DNA of 55,999 bases, filler included, from Sphacelaria rigidula (taxonomy: Eukaryota), in the NCBI GenBank assembly GCA_964200075.2. It is 6 parts of 6 records of this genome, joined end to end, with 100 filler letters (N's around TTAATTAATTAA, not from the genome) between each part and the next. Parts side by side here need not be neighbours in the genome. Positions count along the whole stretch, not along the records: positions 18,702 to 27,951 come from CAXNAA020008923.1; positions 28,052 to 37,301 come from CAXNAA020008924.1; 4 more parts are not named here. One strand, written 5' to 3'. This document shows, piece by piece, positions 24,761 to 37,401 of this stretch; position 1 is the first letter of the stretch; the number at the start of each line of letters is the position of its first letter. Below the pieces are notes generated by a model. It ran no database searches. It saw only the letters and a list, made by a program, of their open reading frames with translations, and was not told the origin of the DNA. Position numbers and translations under genes: made by a program.

Positions 24761-25844
24761 CTTTCTACAGTAGTGGGCGGTCTAGCTATTTAGGGGTGTT
24801 TTGGAGTTTTCCTCGCATACTACTCTTTGATAGAACTCAAATTGCTAGCGTCGGTAGATTTTCGTACAATAAACAGGATCATCATCAAAACATAGTTCCC
24901 AAGTCAGTGTTGGTTGGTGTTACCGGGCGATTCGAATAAATACCTCGTTTATCAGGAGGGTGTTATTGACCGTATAGCACAATTTTCGGCTCTCGTGCCA
25001 TGAGTGGGTAGAAGTTCAAAAAAAATAAATCTATCTATTCAGAAATATGATCGGGACAGGTTCGATCGACCGAAAATACCGAAGAGGAAAGATCTAGGCT
25101 GAAACGTGGCAGGATCCCCGATGACCGTTCAGCCCGTAAGTCACTCAATATTGAGTATATATATATATAATATATATATATTTCCTTGGAATATGAAGCG
25201 GATACAAATATCTTCACATCCCCAATGTGATGAGCGGTGGCAAGCAGAAAGAGCCCAAGGAAATCGCCAATTACGAAAAAATCACAAAATGTCACAAAAT
25301 GTCACAAAATGAATGGTAAGACAACCCACTACTGTACACCGCACACAGTTGGAAACAGGTCCGGAAATCTCAACGGGCTTGACTGGCATATATCAAGCAC
25401 AACATCGCTCAGTCTGCAGTACCGTCGGGTTCTTATCGAACAGGATTATCCGCACAACATGGTCTGCCTATAAGCAGCTACAACCCGAGCTGTATCTCCC
25501 CTTTCTGTATATCGATTGCCCCCGCAACGACCAGTTTGAGTCTTACCGAGAAGTAGTTTGTACAGATCGAAACCCAGATCTGCACACACTTCCAGAAACA
25601 CGGCGCTTCTAGAAGTTGTCGCTAGTGCAACATCTCTGTAGTGCTGAGGGTAAGAAGCAACAAGGCAACACAACACCTACACTCCGAGCTCCGACAATAT
25701 ACGCACAGACACCCACCACGCACGCGCAGTAGTTCCAGAGGTAGCCGTTGCTAATCTACACACGGCAGTCTTAGATGGAAATCCGTTCTGTGTTGGAGAC
25801 GGAGCGGTCGCGGGCGCATCGAACTGTAATCGAAAACGTATCGT

Positions 25845-25965
25845 CGTTGACCGTTTGTGTGCATGTGCTGTGCGCGCGTCTCACACAAGTCATCGTTTCG
25901 CACTGATTTCCAAACGGATTTGATCAAGGTCACGCACAACGTGTTCAGCTGATGAGAGCAACGAC
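25845..25965 (+). repeat. Dispersed repeat (second copy ~31000-31115)
   Basis: cgtctcacacaa.tca.cgtttc...caaggtcacgcac....gt..tcagctgatgag is present in two contigs. Confidence 0.7.
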
Positions 25966-27951
25966 CCGAGCTGTGTGTTTTTGGTTTGCGGGGGGGCACC
26001 AAGTTCCTGAGGTTCACCTCTGATTGTGTTGAGTTGTGTGACAAGCCTTTGTACTTGTCTTGTCTGTGCGTTTTAGTATGAGTAATTTAATTGATTGTCG
26101 CACTTTCACTGACCCCCCAGAGGCCCAGCCGTGGTCGCATGAAGTATGAGCCTTTTTGAGATTAAGGGTTTTCAAAACACGTTTACCAGTTCCAGGCTGT
26201 TTCATCTCTCGGCGTGCCCATGCGTTGTGATTGTGATATCCTGCAGATGGAGCGTATTGGGAACAGAGATTCTGAAATGCTTTATTTTTTTAACTTTGGT
26301 ATGGTATGTGAATGAACTTCACTGTTATGTTGACCAAAGTATGGGGCGGAGAGACAATTACGCTGTTATTATAGCTGATATCTGATATACCCCTTCACCC
26401 GGAAATCTCTTGGCTTGCCCAGGCGGAGGCTAGAGCCCCCGAGTTTCTTGTGCGCTTGAGTGACACCTGTGCTACGATAGGGGGTGATGCTTCCAAGCTG
26501 GCACCGGCTGCATGCCTCGCCCTCGAGATTCTTTTCACATTGGAAAGGTGAGCAGGCTTCTCCTCATCCTTCTAATGGCGACACATGTTGTTTGTGTTGC
26601 GAAAAACATGACTCGATTCGTTCGTACATCTTTGGTTCTTTGCCCATGACTTTTGGGTACCCTGATAACTAATGCCGAACTCACAAAACCTCGGATGCCC
26701 GACAACCGCAGGAAATGGTGAGCGTATGAAGCGACCCTAGCCACAAAACGTACCTGGAAGTTTTCCTCCCACCTTCCATTTGGCCGCTTATTTTTTGCAG
26801 TCAATCATCATGCGGCTTGGTTTTGTTCTCTCACATGCCCCAAAACGATGGGGAATTTAACGTGCAGAGGAGTTGTCACCGCCTGGTATTGGTGGAGAAA
26901 TGGTTGCCGGCTTGCACACGTTCTACAAGAGAGAACACAATTCGTCTGCTCACTCTTGGAACACGTTCTGGAACGTTGTCAAATATTCCATCAGGTTGAG
27001 AACAACTTCTAGAACTTCGTCAGGTCTGCACTCGGTTTCGAATGTTTTTTAAAACGTTGCCAGATACTAAAGTCGGCTCGAAATAATTGCCAAAACTTTG
27101 CCAGATAACGTACTACTCGGTTCTGAACATCTCCCCACGACGTTGTCAGATTTGTGTTCATTCGGAACAACGGTTGAAATGGTTGTCGTACATCTGCTCA
27201 TACAGAACAACTTGCTTAATCGTTGCAGAGCATAAAGAGGGTGCTGCATTTTAGAGTGGTTCCAGAGCAAGCACCCGGGTTGTTCCCCAACGCCGGTGTT
27301 AAATCAACACGTTCAAACGTGTTGGAGACAGCCGTTGTCTGTGATCATCAGCATCTACACGAACACTACCTCGTATTGGCTGATGACCTCCTGGGTGTAA
27401 ATGCAGGCGGTGCTGCGGACGCCACACCGTATGGATGTGCCAGCCTCGAGGTAGTAACTCAGCACTTGAAACCAGAGTGGGAATGGGGGTGTTGGTCTGC
27501 TCGTTGTTGTGTCGTTGCTTTTTACTGTGTAGGTAGGGGGTGAGGGGGAGGGCGAGGGGGGCGAAGGGGCGGCGAAGGGCAAATGCCTGAGCATTCCCTC
27601 TGGCGATCTCTGTCTTTCCTGTCACTTTTCGTTGATTCCTTTTTTCTCATCTGAGCGACAAACGAGACACGGGATGCAAAAGTGGAGTCTTTGCCATGCA
27701 TGTACCTATGTGTCGATATTATAGTACCATGCTCGTATTGAAGAGAATAATTCCCAGCAGTGTCTGCCGAGAAAGTCAACTTTTCATCTTGGCGACACCG
27801 TAAGATAACTCTGTACGCTTCATGAAGAGGAAGTTCCGGGTTCGATTCCCGGTTTTCACCAACTCGACGACATAGAGGTAGCGTAACAGGGGCATCTGGC
27901 AGGCTGATATCCACATAACTCTTTGTGTATATGTACCTGAGACGTGCGCCA

Positions 27952-28051
27952 NNNNNNNNNNNNNNNNNNNNNNNNNNNNNNNNNNNNNNNNNNNNTTAAT
28001 TAATTAANNNNNNNNNNNNNNNNNNNNNNNNNNNNNNNNNNNNNNNNNNNN
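27952..28051. other. Artificial contig linker
   Basis: Same spacer. Confidence 0.98.

Positions 28052-28114
<63 letters not shown>
28052..28114. repeat. (AGT)n microsatellite at contig start
   Basis: Direct inspection. Confidence 0.95.
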
Positions 28115-28115
<1 letters not shown>

Positions 28116-31100
28116 CGAGACTTTATCCGTATGCAGGCGATGTGCGACGAGGATGGGTCATAAAAAAAAGCACGGCAATTCGAGAGAGGTTTCATCAGGG
28201 GCATGTAAAAATCTGTCCGAACAAAGCGTATATTGAATATTTTTGTTGGACGATTGACCGCCAGTTCTCGTCGGGGTAGGCACAGTGGTAGTAGTGCGAA
28301 GCGTTGCGGATTGTGCCGCCTCGAAAAGTAATGCTGTACGTTTCCGAGAGAATTCCAGCGCCATTTCCGATTTTTTTCGTACGCCCACTGTGACTTCTAG
28401 CTGGATGAATAACTTGTCAAACAGCACATGAAACCTTCAAGGTCTCTCCCACAAAACGCGTACCGACGATCTCAGAGAAATGCAGCACTATTATTTCGTC
28501 TGGGAGAAATACGGCAGGGTTATCATTGGGGTTGCTTGAGAAACCGTACGTCGCGCCAAAAGTCAAACAGGGCGCACGGAGGATCGGAAAAGTGCGGAAG
28601 AAACCTCCAAGAGAGTACAGCAGCGAGTCCCTCTGAGGTGGCACACTCCGTCGAAAAAACATATGCTGGCGAAAATCGTCACTGAATCGACAAAATGAGC
28701 TTTTCTGGGGGAGATGGTTTTCGTAGCACTACAACAAGCGGCTACTCACGATTTCCCATTCGCTTGCTCCCTTGCCAAGCAACGAACCGGCACAGATGAA
28801 CGATGGAATGATGCTGCCCGCAAACCTGCACAAATAAAGGACAGAATTATGCTACCCGCATGTGTGTGGTGGTCCAAACTACCGCCGTGAATATATTTCT
28901 CGTGACCTCCCTCTGAATCGGGGGGCAGTCGGGAAGGCAACGGAGTGATCGACCGGTAACTTATCATAATTATTATCTCACATTAGTCCGATCTCTCGAA
29001 CCCGTGTTCACAGACGTAGGCTGGTCTTCCCAATACCGTACCTGCTATTTCTTACAAGACATGAGAGTCCTCATCATTTTTTCCAGAGACTCCAGCCTAA
29101 TTACAAGAACGAACGCAATCAACTAAAATATTACCGAAATGAAAGTAAGAAGAGAGACGCCAAGAAAAACACGAGAAACGAGGTAACTACATAGTGTGAA
29201 TCTCCATCATCATGGTGTTCATCACAACATTGATTGCCCGAGGTCACGTGATTCGAAATACCCGCTCTCGAGGAATACCGATCGTTGAAATGCTGAAGCG
29301 GGAGATGAATGAAGAGGCCGTTCGACGCATGGCTTCATTACAGCGTATATTGTCGGCCACGAGCACACGGTCGGTTGTCAAGGGCAACAAACTGCGTCAT
29401 GATGCTGCGCTCTGCGGTTGTATCTGCGGCACCTACTGTGTTGTGTTTTGCTCTCGCTTATCTCACTCTTTGAATTTTGCTCTCGCCGGGGTCATCAGCG
29501 GCGGGCAATACATCCCTGTCGAACAAAACGAGACGCACTCGAAAGTTCAGTGTAAACTTTGCCCCATAAGTATCAGTGTTTACGGTTCGGTCAGTTTTTT
29601 TTTTCCATTCTTTGCAGATCGGTGTACCTTCGCTCAAGTTAAGGGTGAAAAGGCTGTCATATCGTCTCATAAGCAGGAGGGAGTGAGCAGTATGTTTGGC
29701 GGGGGGTTTCATCATAGTGTCAACAACTGTTGGAGTCTGGTCGTCGCTACGATGACATGTTTGCAGTGTATTTGGTGTTGTGCCGGGATCAGTTTCTTTC
29801 CGTGAGGTCATCGCATACACGACTTTTGACCGGCACTGGTTACTTCTGTGCAGATGGATTATTTTGTTTTCTGTGAGGTCTTATCGTCGACGATGTTTGA
29901 GGGATTTTATGGGGTTTCTTTTTGCGCAGGTTTACCACGAGTTATTCAGGTAACCTTTATTTAGGATCCATTTTTTTTCTCCGAGTTTCCAAACTACCCG
30001 TGAATTATGTATTCAGCTCTGAGGACTCATCAATACTGGCGAAGCCTGACGCCGGTGGCAACACCCCACACTACCCTTTGCCGGTGGCAACACTTCACAC
30101 TCCACGCCAAGAGTCTTGTATCAATTATACCATATCTTCAGCTCCGAGCACTTCTCAGTGTGGTCGGGGTCTAGCGCCGGTGGTGACACTCTGCACTATA
30201 CTTTGCCTTGGGATCGCTCAACTTTGGCGGTGACGCGAATCGCCAAGAATCTTGTATCAATTATACCAGTGACCTTTTTCTGTCAAATGTCTTCCCTGCA
30301 GACAGGTGATACTTTCGCTCCAATTGTCTGAGAAGCCACAGTTTTGTCTTTGCTCGATTTGAAGGTACCTCTGTTTCGGGGTCATGTTCTCTGAAGCTCT
30401 GAGTAGACGGCATTTTGTCTTTGTTTGACTTTTGGAGCAAGCGCTTTTCGCCGACACCCCTTCGCTTGTATTTCACTGGACATTATGGTGCGTTCTGTTT
30501 CTGCTTGGGTTTGAAGTACATTTGCTTTCCACGCTGTGTTCTGCATGGCGTTAAGGCGTTATGGCGTTGCGATGCGTTCCGCTTACTCTCCTGTGTCCAC
30601 GTCCCAGCGGACCCTTAGACTGTTGGGGGTACCGTCATCCATCTCGGCCGCTCTTCGTTCGTGGAATCGGAATAGGTTTTACTTGAAACATGAATCGGTA
30701 TCATATCATTTTGAGAATCAGAAGAGACGAGAAAAAGTCATGGATCATGCCACAGCTCTCCGTTGGACACAGTCGTCCTCTTGGGGCAGGGCTTGTATAT
30801 CTCGAGCGTTTTCTGATCTTGCACGCGCGTGTTCCCATCGTCTCAACTGTATTTCCTTTTTTCCTGTCTCTGCACTGCTGCTGCAGCTGCTGCTGCTACT
30901 GCTTTTACGGTACACCCGAGTTTTTACTCATCATGAGTGGCCAGATGCAACAGTGTTTACTCCTTTTCCGAAGTTGACTCGGCATCATCTCAACGGGCGC
31001 TGACCCTTCGTTTGTGTGTACAGTACGTGCGTCTCACACAAATCACCGTTTCTCGCTGTATTCTGGATAGATTTGTGCAAGGTCACGCACCTCGTACTCA

Positions 31101-31407
31101 GCTGATGAGCAGCCCCCGATTCGTCCGCTATTCCATGTGCCATTACCCAACGCACATACCCCTCTCGGGTGTTCATGTATCTTGCCTATCGATCCACTGA
31201 GCGCGGCGACGAAAGCTGCCGAAACCCTTGTATTTTTTCTGTTGAAGCTTGAAAATTGAAAACGAATATGTATTTCAATGGTTTTTCTTTGCAAGGCAGT
31301 ACCCCTCTCCCTCCCCTTCTCCCTCTCCCTTGCATCCTCACCTCCGGTTCCTGCCGCCACTGAAAAAAAAAACGCGCAATCAAATTTCACGCGCTGGATT
31401 GGAGCAG

Positions 31408-31704
31408 CATCCGCCCGGTGACCGTTGAAACGAACCCAAACGCGAATTTCCTGTCTCGGCTGGTATTCGTCTACACCAAGCTTGTGATCGTGGAGATGGA
31501 GGATGAATACGACACTGTTGTGTTTCTGGATGCGGACACGTTGGTGCTGAGCAATGTGGATGAGCTGTTCTTCTGCGCGCCGTTCTGCGCCGTGATGCGT
31601 CATTCCGAGCTGCTGAACTCGGGCGTCCTCGTCATCACCCCGAGCAGGCAGCTGCACCGAGAAATGAAGGAGGTCATGGGGGACCTCGATTCTTACACTG
31701 GAGG
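31408..31704 (+). CDS. Glycosyltransferase family 8, IPUT1/PGSIP6-like (inositol phosphorylceramide glucuronosyltransferase-like), internal exon with DxD motif
   Basis: cag|C-IRPVTVETNPNANFLSRLVFVYTKLVIVEMEDEYDTVVFLDADTLVLSNVDELFFCAPFCAVMRHSELLNSGVLVITPS...DLDSYTG-GG|gtgag. The YTKL, LDAD, HSE.LNSGV and SYTGG motifs are present. Upstream exons were not identified. Confidence 0.9.
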
Positions 31705-31743
31705 GTGAGACGTCACTATTGCCGGTGTTTTTATGACCTCTGA

Positions 31744-31744
31744 G

Positions 31745-31808
<64 letters not shown>
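31744..31808. repeat. (TTG)n microsatellite
   Basis: Direct inspection; explains the poly-L and poly-T ORFs. Confidence 0.95.
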
Positions 31809-31809
<1 letters not shown>

Positions 31810-32324
31810 ACTACTGCTGCCCACAAAGCCGGGACGGAGCACGCCGGGTTCTCGCCGGACCATAGTGGGGGGGAGGATGCGGCGTCCTCATTTGTTGCTT
31901 GTCTTAGTTGTCCGACTATTGATCGTGCATCCCTTTCGAGACAGAAGGGGGGGGTGGGTATCTTCGATTGCACGCAGCAAAGGCGATTCATGGGTGTGTT
32001 TACCCGACGTCACAAACTTGTTGCTGCATGAGCTTGAATTATTGTGGGTAACAGCGTTGTTGTCCGGTATAAGTGTGGTGCTTCAGATAGCTGTTGGGCT
32101 GCTGCGGCATCGCACAATTTTCGACGAAAAATAGCAAAAACATACATTTTTATACAGCATGTGCGGCTTGCCGCATACGGCAATTTGCGGCGCACATATT
32201 TTCGCCGAAGGCGAAGGCTTTGGGTCCCCTTTTCTTGCGGTTAAGGCCACTTCATATGTGCCAGAAAGGAAGGATCTGCTTGAAAACTGCCTTTTTTGGT
32301 CCTTCTGCGTCATTTCACGCGTCA

Positions 32325-32642
32325 AAGAGGGCTAGGTGGATGTTGATACCATGAAATGACTTGCTGTACTCGCTGAGACCATTCCAGGAAGGGCACCTTT
32401 GCGCTTTCCGGTGGCCGCAGATTTGTTCTTGTTAATACTTGCATTTTAAATAACAAAACATCCAGTTATAAAGAAGCTGGCAGTTTTTTTGCTGTTTTGT
32501 GATGGCTTGACCTTTTTTTTGTTGAATATGGAAGAATCGCAAAAAAAAACCAGCGGCCACTGGAAAGCGGAAAGGTGTCCTGAAACCGTCCCAACGAGTC
32601 AAGAACGTCATTCCAAGGTGTCAACACCCGCCTAGCCCTCTT
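32325..32642. mobile_element. Palindromic MITE family C, copy 1
   Basis: agagggctaggtggatgttgatacc...ggtgtcaacacccgcctagccctct terminal inversion with internal ccggtggccgc/gcggccactgg; homologous to copies at 43745 and 45245. Confidence 0.8.
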
Positions 32643-33209
32643 TCAGGATGTAAAACGATTGTTTTGTGGACGGGTAAGAAGTGGCGTAATTAGGCGAAAA
32701 ATTGTATTGTGAGACTTTTTCTCGCCATAAGATTGTATGAGAAATATGAGCAATGTTTCGTACCACCAAAAACAGCACTAAATGACGATAAAACAGCACT
32801 AAATGACGATGGAACAACACTAAATGACGATGGGACAGCACTAAATGACGAGGAAACAGCATTAATAAAGAAAAAAGGGGGGGGGGGGGCTGGAATACAC
32901 ATGAAGCAGCGCACAGAGCAGAGGCTAGACACACGACTTGACTGCTCAGGCGTATTGTTCGATTTTGAATGACTGGTACATGGTGGACAGCCGATACAAG
33001 CCTAGTACGTTGCTACACACTTGGCAATCTGCGGGTTGCCGCACATACGGCCTGCGACTTATCTGAAGCTCTGGTGCGGTAGGTCCTGTTGGTTGATATC
33101 AACACGAGCATCCAAATTAGGTTTGTTGCTTGCAGCAACACTGCAAAGTGACTCCTCCGTGCAAAGAGATGCCCGCCCCCCCGCCCCCCCGCCCCCCCTC
33201 CTTCCCCCG

Positions 33210-33635
33210 CACCTCCCAGAAAGAAGAAAGAGATATACCAGTAGTCGTGTGGAGTAAGCAGTAGATGCGCAGAACTGCCTCTGCGGCAAGACAATAGAGA
33301 GCACAACTCATATATTGGCAGAATGTGAAGGAGGAACGGGACATGCTAGAGGGGGAAATGCCGGACGTGAACGGAGGTGGCATGGAATCGTTTGAAGCAT
33401 TAGACAGAAGCGAGAAAACGATGGCTATACTAGGAGACAGATGGTGACCACAGACGGCGAAACAGGACGGGGATAAGATATGTGAACGGTTTTTGTGGAC
33501 GAGTAATGTGTCGAAGAAACGTAATGAGCGCCTGAATGTTGAAGGTGTCTCTATCACGAGTAGGAACGGTGCTCCGTCTCGAAAGGGATGCATGGTCAAT
33601 GGTCAACCGACTAAGGCCAGCAACGAATGAGTACG
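33210..33635 (+). mobile_element. 5'-truncated LINE 3' end (ORF2 C-terminal CCHC-like zinc knuckle), degenerate, flanked by C-runs
   Basis: Reads LPERRKRYTSSRVE*AVDAQNCLCGKTIESTTHILAECE, then after a frameshift KEERDMLEGEM...EKTMAILGDRW*PQTAKQDGDKIC...SRKGCMVNGQPTKASNE*. The C-x-C-x8-H-x4-C spacing resembles non-LTR ORF2 ends. Confidence 0.75.
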
Positions 33636-33929
33636 TCCCCACCTCAACCCCACCTCCACCCCCGCCCCCCCATCAAACCGTAGGACTGCTCTTTCCCATT
33701 TCACAGGGCAAGTAGCGGCTAGGTACGGGAGTAGGGAAGGGAGCAACGGTTCAAACCACAAAGTCTAGCGGGGAAGGGGATGGTCAAGTCACCGTAGGGA
33801 ATAACTTGCGTGAGAACGTGCGGATGTCCAGTGTAAGGGAGGCCATAACGTTGAAGCACTGGACGGCATCTTTTTATTTTGCGTGTCGAATGAAGAATAT
33901 TCTACAGCATGCCGCTCCTCCCCCTAAAA

Positions 33930-34216
33930 CCCGTGGCGGGCTCCGGAAGTGGTGATACCATAATATGAAGCAACTCGTTGGAGTTTGTTATTCATGTGCA
34001 AGATAACCAGTACGCTTCGGGCCGAATAGTCGTAGCGGGATGCAGCTGTCCCTTCATGCGAATCGCCGAACACATCGCGGCGCTTCGCGCTTGGTGATTG
34101 AGTGCGAGCCTGGTCCGACGAAAACCCGACGTCGTCCGTCCCGGCTTTGTAGGGGTGCGAGGTCAATGGTTAGATGATTATGGCATGCAAGTCCACGAGT
34201 AACCCCCCCCCCCCCC
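33930..34216 (+). mobile_element. Family A element, 5'-truncated copy 2, in GT8 intron
   Basis: ggaagtggtgatacca.aatatgaagcaactc...gtaggggtgcgaggtcaatggttagatgattatggcatgcaagtccacgagtaacccccccc. Confidence 0.85.
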
Positions 34217-34261
34217 CAAATCCTCCCCTTCTCCCTCCATTTCCCCCAACAAAACGAACAG

Positions 34262-34613
34262 GGACCAGGGCTTCCTGAATTCCTTTTATCCGTACTTCGC
34301 AGCGTGTCCCGCGTTCGAGCCGTATCCCACCCTAGGATCGGCCCTACCCGGCCCGAGCAAAGGGGCCGAAACGTTCAGGTTACGATACGACGGCATCGTA
34401 GAGGGGTTCGGGGAGCAGGAGGCACAGGCTTTTGGCTGGGGGGATGGCGGGTTTGGAGAGTATGAAGGAGGGGAGGGATCGGGTAAAAGAGAATTGATTC
34501 AAGAGGCGGCGGCCAGGGGGAGCGATCAGGGCAGGGGTGTGCGGGGTTGCCGACGGTTGCCGACGAGGTATAACGGGGATTGGCCCCTGCTATTCGTCGA
34601 CGGTGATTTGCAG
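34262..34613 (+). CDS. GT8 IPUT1-like exon (GDQGFLNS...RLPTRYN)
   Basis: cag|G-DQGFLNSFYPYFAACPAFEP...GCRRLPTRYNGDWPLLFVDGDLQ|gtttg. The frame is open throughout and the phase is consistent with the previous exon. Confidence 0.88.
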
Positions 34614-37087
34614 GTTTGTGTGTGACTTGCGTGTTTTGTGCGCTGTGTGTCCGTTTGTTTGTAATTCTAACCCCCTCTACTACAGGATGAGGGTTTGAAT
34701 TCGATAATGTTGACACCAACCAGGGTACAGATCACAGTCCCGTGAGGGAGGGGTGGTGAAGTCATGCTCCGGGAGAGTTTGTGCGAGAAAATGACCCGTG
34801 TGTGGGGAGGGTGGGGGGAGTCGAAATGTCAGAACGTTACGCTCTGAACTACTGAGCCAATCTCGCGCTATTTTCGCGAGAAATAAGACATGCATGGCAG
34901 TATATTTCTTGAGATCCGCGATCGTTGTTCCGCTAGTCATATGTAAGGCACCTATACAAGGGAATAAGAATGCTCACCTCGTCGCCTCGTCCCTCCACGG
35001 GATAAGGAGTATCATGGGTGGCTACTGGGGTAGTGAAACGGGCTTGGGATATTCAAATCATGGTTTGCAGCAGGAGTGGGAGAGGGAGAGGTTGGGGGGG
35101 GGGGTGTATACTCATTTTTTGCTTGCCTCAGCCGTTTGACCATTGAACATGCAGCCCTTTCGAGATGGAGGGAGAGGGAGAGGGAGGGGGGAGACGATGA
35201 ATTTTGAGGTGGAGCTCGGGCAACAAACTTCTGGATCAGGATCGTGTGTACGAGTGTTAGTGTGTATGTCGTGATCACCTTTTGCTGTCCAGCAGAGGCG
35301 TTTTCCCCTCCTTTTGTCGCATTGTACAGTGGAATAATATGTCGACTGTTTGAGAGGGAAACCAGCGTGGGTTGCGTCCCTCTTGCGTGTGTTCGCATTT
35401 GCTGTGGTTGGTCGTGTGATGCAGCAGCCCGGTGTGCTTCGGGCCTAAAATAGAACGAGCGCTGTGCTTCGGTATCATGTTGTTAGCCTTTCTCGTTGTC
35501 TGCGACTTTTGGATGTACAGTATACCCTCCACTACATCAGCAGCCCAAATCTTGGCAGCGATTGCTCCCAAGGTGCCACAGCCGCCGCGGAAAAGTAGCA
35601 CTACTTCATGTGAGTAGCTCCACTTGTGGTAGCTGTAGTGATAGTAGCAAAAATGCTGCCGTGGAATACTATGTATGTTGTTATTCACTCGTAGGTGGTA
35701 GCACTTCTATGATACCCCCCCCCCCAAAAACAAAACAAAAAAGCCCAAAATTGTCATGAAAAAAGTCGTCGTACAGCACCTGATATTTGGTTTGAGACTG
35801 CGTGGAGGGTCTCATATGGGCAATGTTGGCGGCGGGAACAACCCCCAGCGTGGGAATTCCAAGCTGATTGTTGTGCTAGGCTGTTTTTATTTCGATTGAC
35901 GTGAAGATTTTGCCTCGCCAAACCAGCCACATTCTTTGGCAGGGCTAAAGTAGAAAGTGTCGTGTACCACCGGTTTCTACTTTGGAAAACGATCGTTATG
36001 ACTACCATCTCTTGAAATATTGATATATATATATCATGTATTATTTCGTTGATATATCGATACTAGTATCATCTGTTTTTGGTGACACCTTACTACCGTA
36101 TCGTATGGTGTCTAGGAGCGTCTATGTGCATGTTTATGATATTCACATGTTATATCATGGTGGGTTATGATATTGAGCTGTTACGAGGCGAATATCATGG
36201 TACCTCAGATTGGATATCTGGTGGTGTATCGAATATCGTATGGTGTATCATATGATATTACGCGATATGATATATCAAGATGTCATGTCAATATAGAGAT
36301 TTTCGGAGGTAAATATCACGTATCATTATCACGTCGACATATTCCTTGATACTCGTCACTAGATAACACCCCTGGGTATTTGAGGCTTTGGGCATCATTG
36401 GGCCCCCACCAGTGCGGGGGAGGTTTGCCCTAGTTCGTCTCCGAGAATCGACGCTTGAAGGCAATTTGTTTCCGTCAAACCGTAGCGCTAACCCCAACCT
36501 ACGGCAAACCGAGAATCCTCGCGCAAGACGGGTGCGTACGGTGTGCCCTAGGCAAATGGTACCTTGTTTTAGCTCAAACCGGCACTGAAGCGCCGATTGG
36601 CGCACGCGCTGGTCGAGCGCTTGGGACAACGAGCCTTTTCCCACTTGAACAAACATGGACATTCACCCGTCGGCTTTTGGAGCCGATTTGGCACAAACTC
36701 TAGCGACCCGTACCTATACTACTTAGTAGGGGTATGTGAGATATCACACCCCTTACCCTTGACGCAACCCCCAGATGACGAATTTTCGGGTCTCACTGAC
36801 CAAACGGGAGGTGGTAAACACCATATTCTACGGTATAGTAGGGGTTTCACTACAGTGCGGTCATCTGAGGCGGGGGTCCCACCATAGTGCGTTCAAGATC
36901 ACTTGTCGCAAGTCTGATCCGCTGTACCAATATCTAGTAAATGTACTATACTAGTAATATGCGGGGTGCCAGCATAGTGCGGTCATGCCGGGTTGGCGCC
37001 CCCACCGCACTATAACGGGACCCGTACCGTTTGCAGTAGTTCAAATATCAAGATGCAACTGGTACTTGTTTTTGTGACGCGGAGCAG

Positions 37088-37188
37088 ATGGTGCAGGGGC
37101 GAGAAGCTGACCCGGACGCTCCGCAGGACTGGCAAGTACGCAAGAGTCTCAAGATCATCCATTTCACCTTCGGATCCGCGAAGCCATG
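37088..37188 (+). CDS. GT8 IPUT1-like exon (IIHFTFG.AKPW); gene continues past contig end
   Basis: cag|MVQGREADPDAPQDWQVRKSLKIIHFTFGSAKP-TG|gtgcg, containing the GT8 H-x-x-G-x-KPW motif. An alternative in-frame acceptor exists at 37097. Confidence 0.88.
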
Positions 37189-37212
37189 GTGCGTGACCCC
37201 CTTGTCCGTGTC

Positions 37213-37214
<2 letters not shown>

Positions 37215-37277
<63 letters not shown>
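37215..37277. repeat. (TG)n microsatellite
   Basis: Direct inspection. Confidence 0.95.
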
Positions 37278-37278
<1 letters not shown>

Positions 37279-37301
37279 GTCGTCCCATCTGTTCTCGACG
37301 C

Positions 37302-37401
37302 NNNNNNNNNNNNNNNNNNNNNNNNNNNNNNNNNNNNNNNNNNNNTTAATTAATTAANNNNNNNNNNNNNNNNNNNNNNNNNNNNNNNNNNNNNNNNNNN
37401 N
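37302..37401. other. Artificial contig linker
   Basis: Same spacer. Confidence 0.98.

Noticed and set aside
27836-27861. tRNA-like T-arm ccgggTTCGATTcccgg followed by ...cacca
   Set aside because: No matching acceptor stem, D-arm or anticodon arm upstream; at most a relic.
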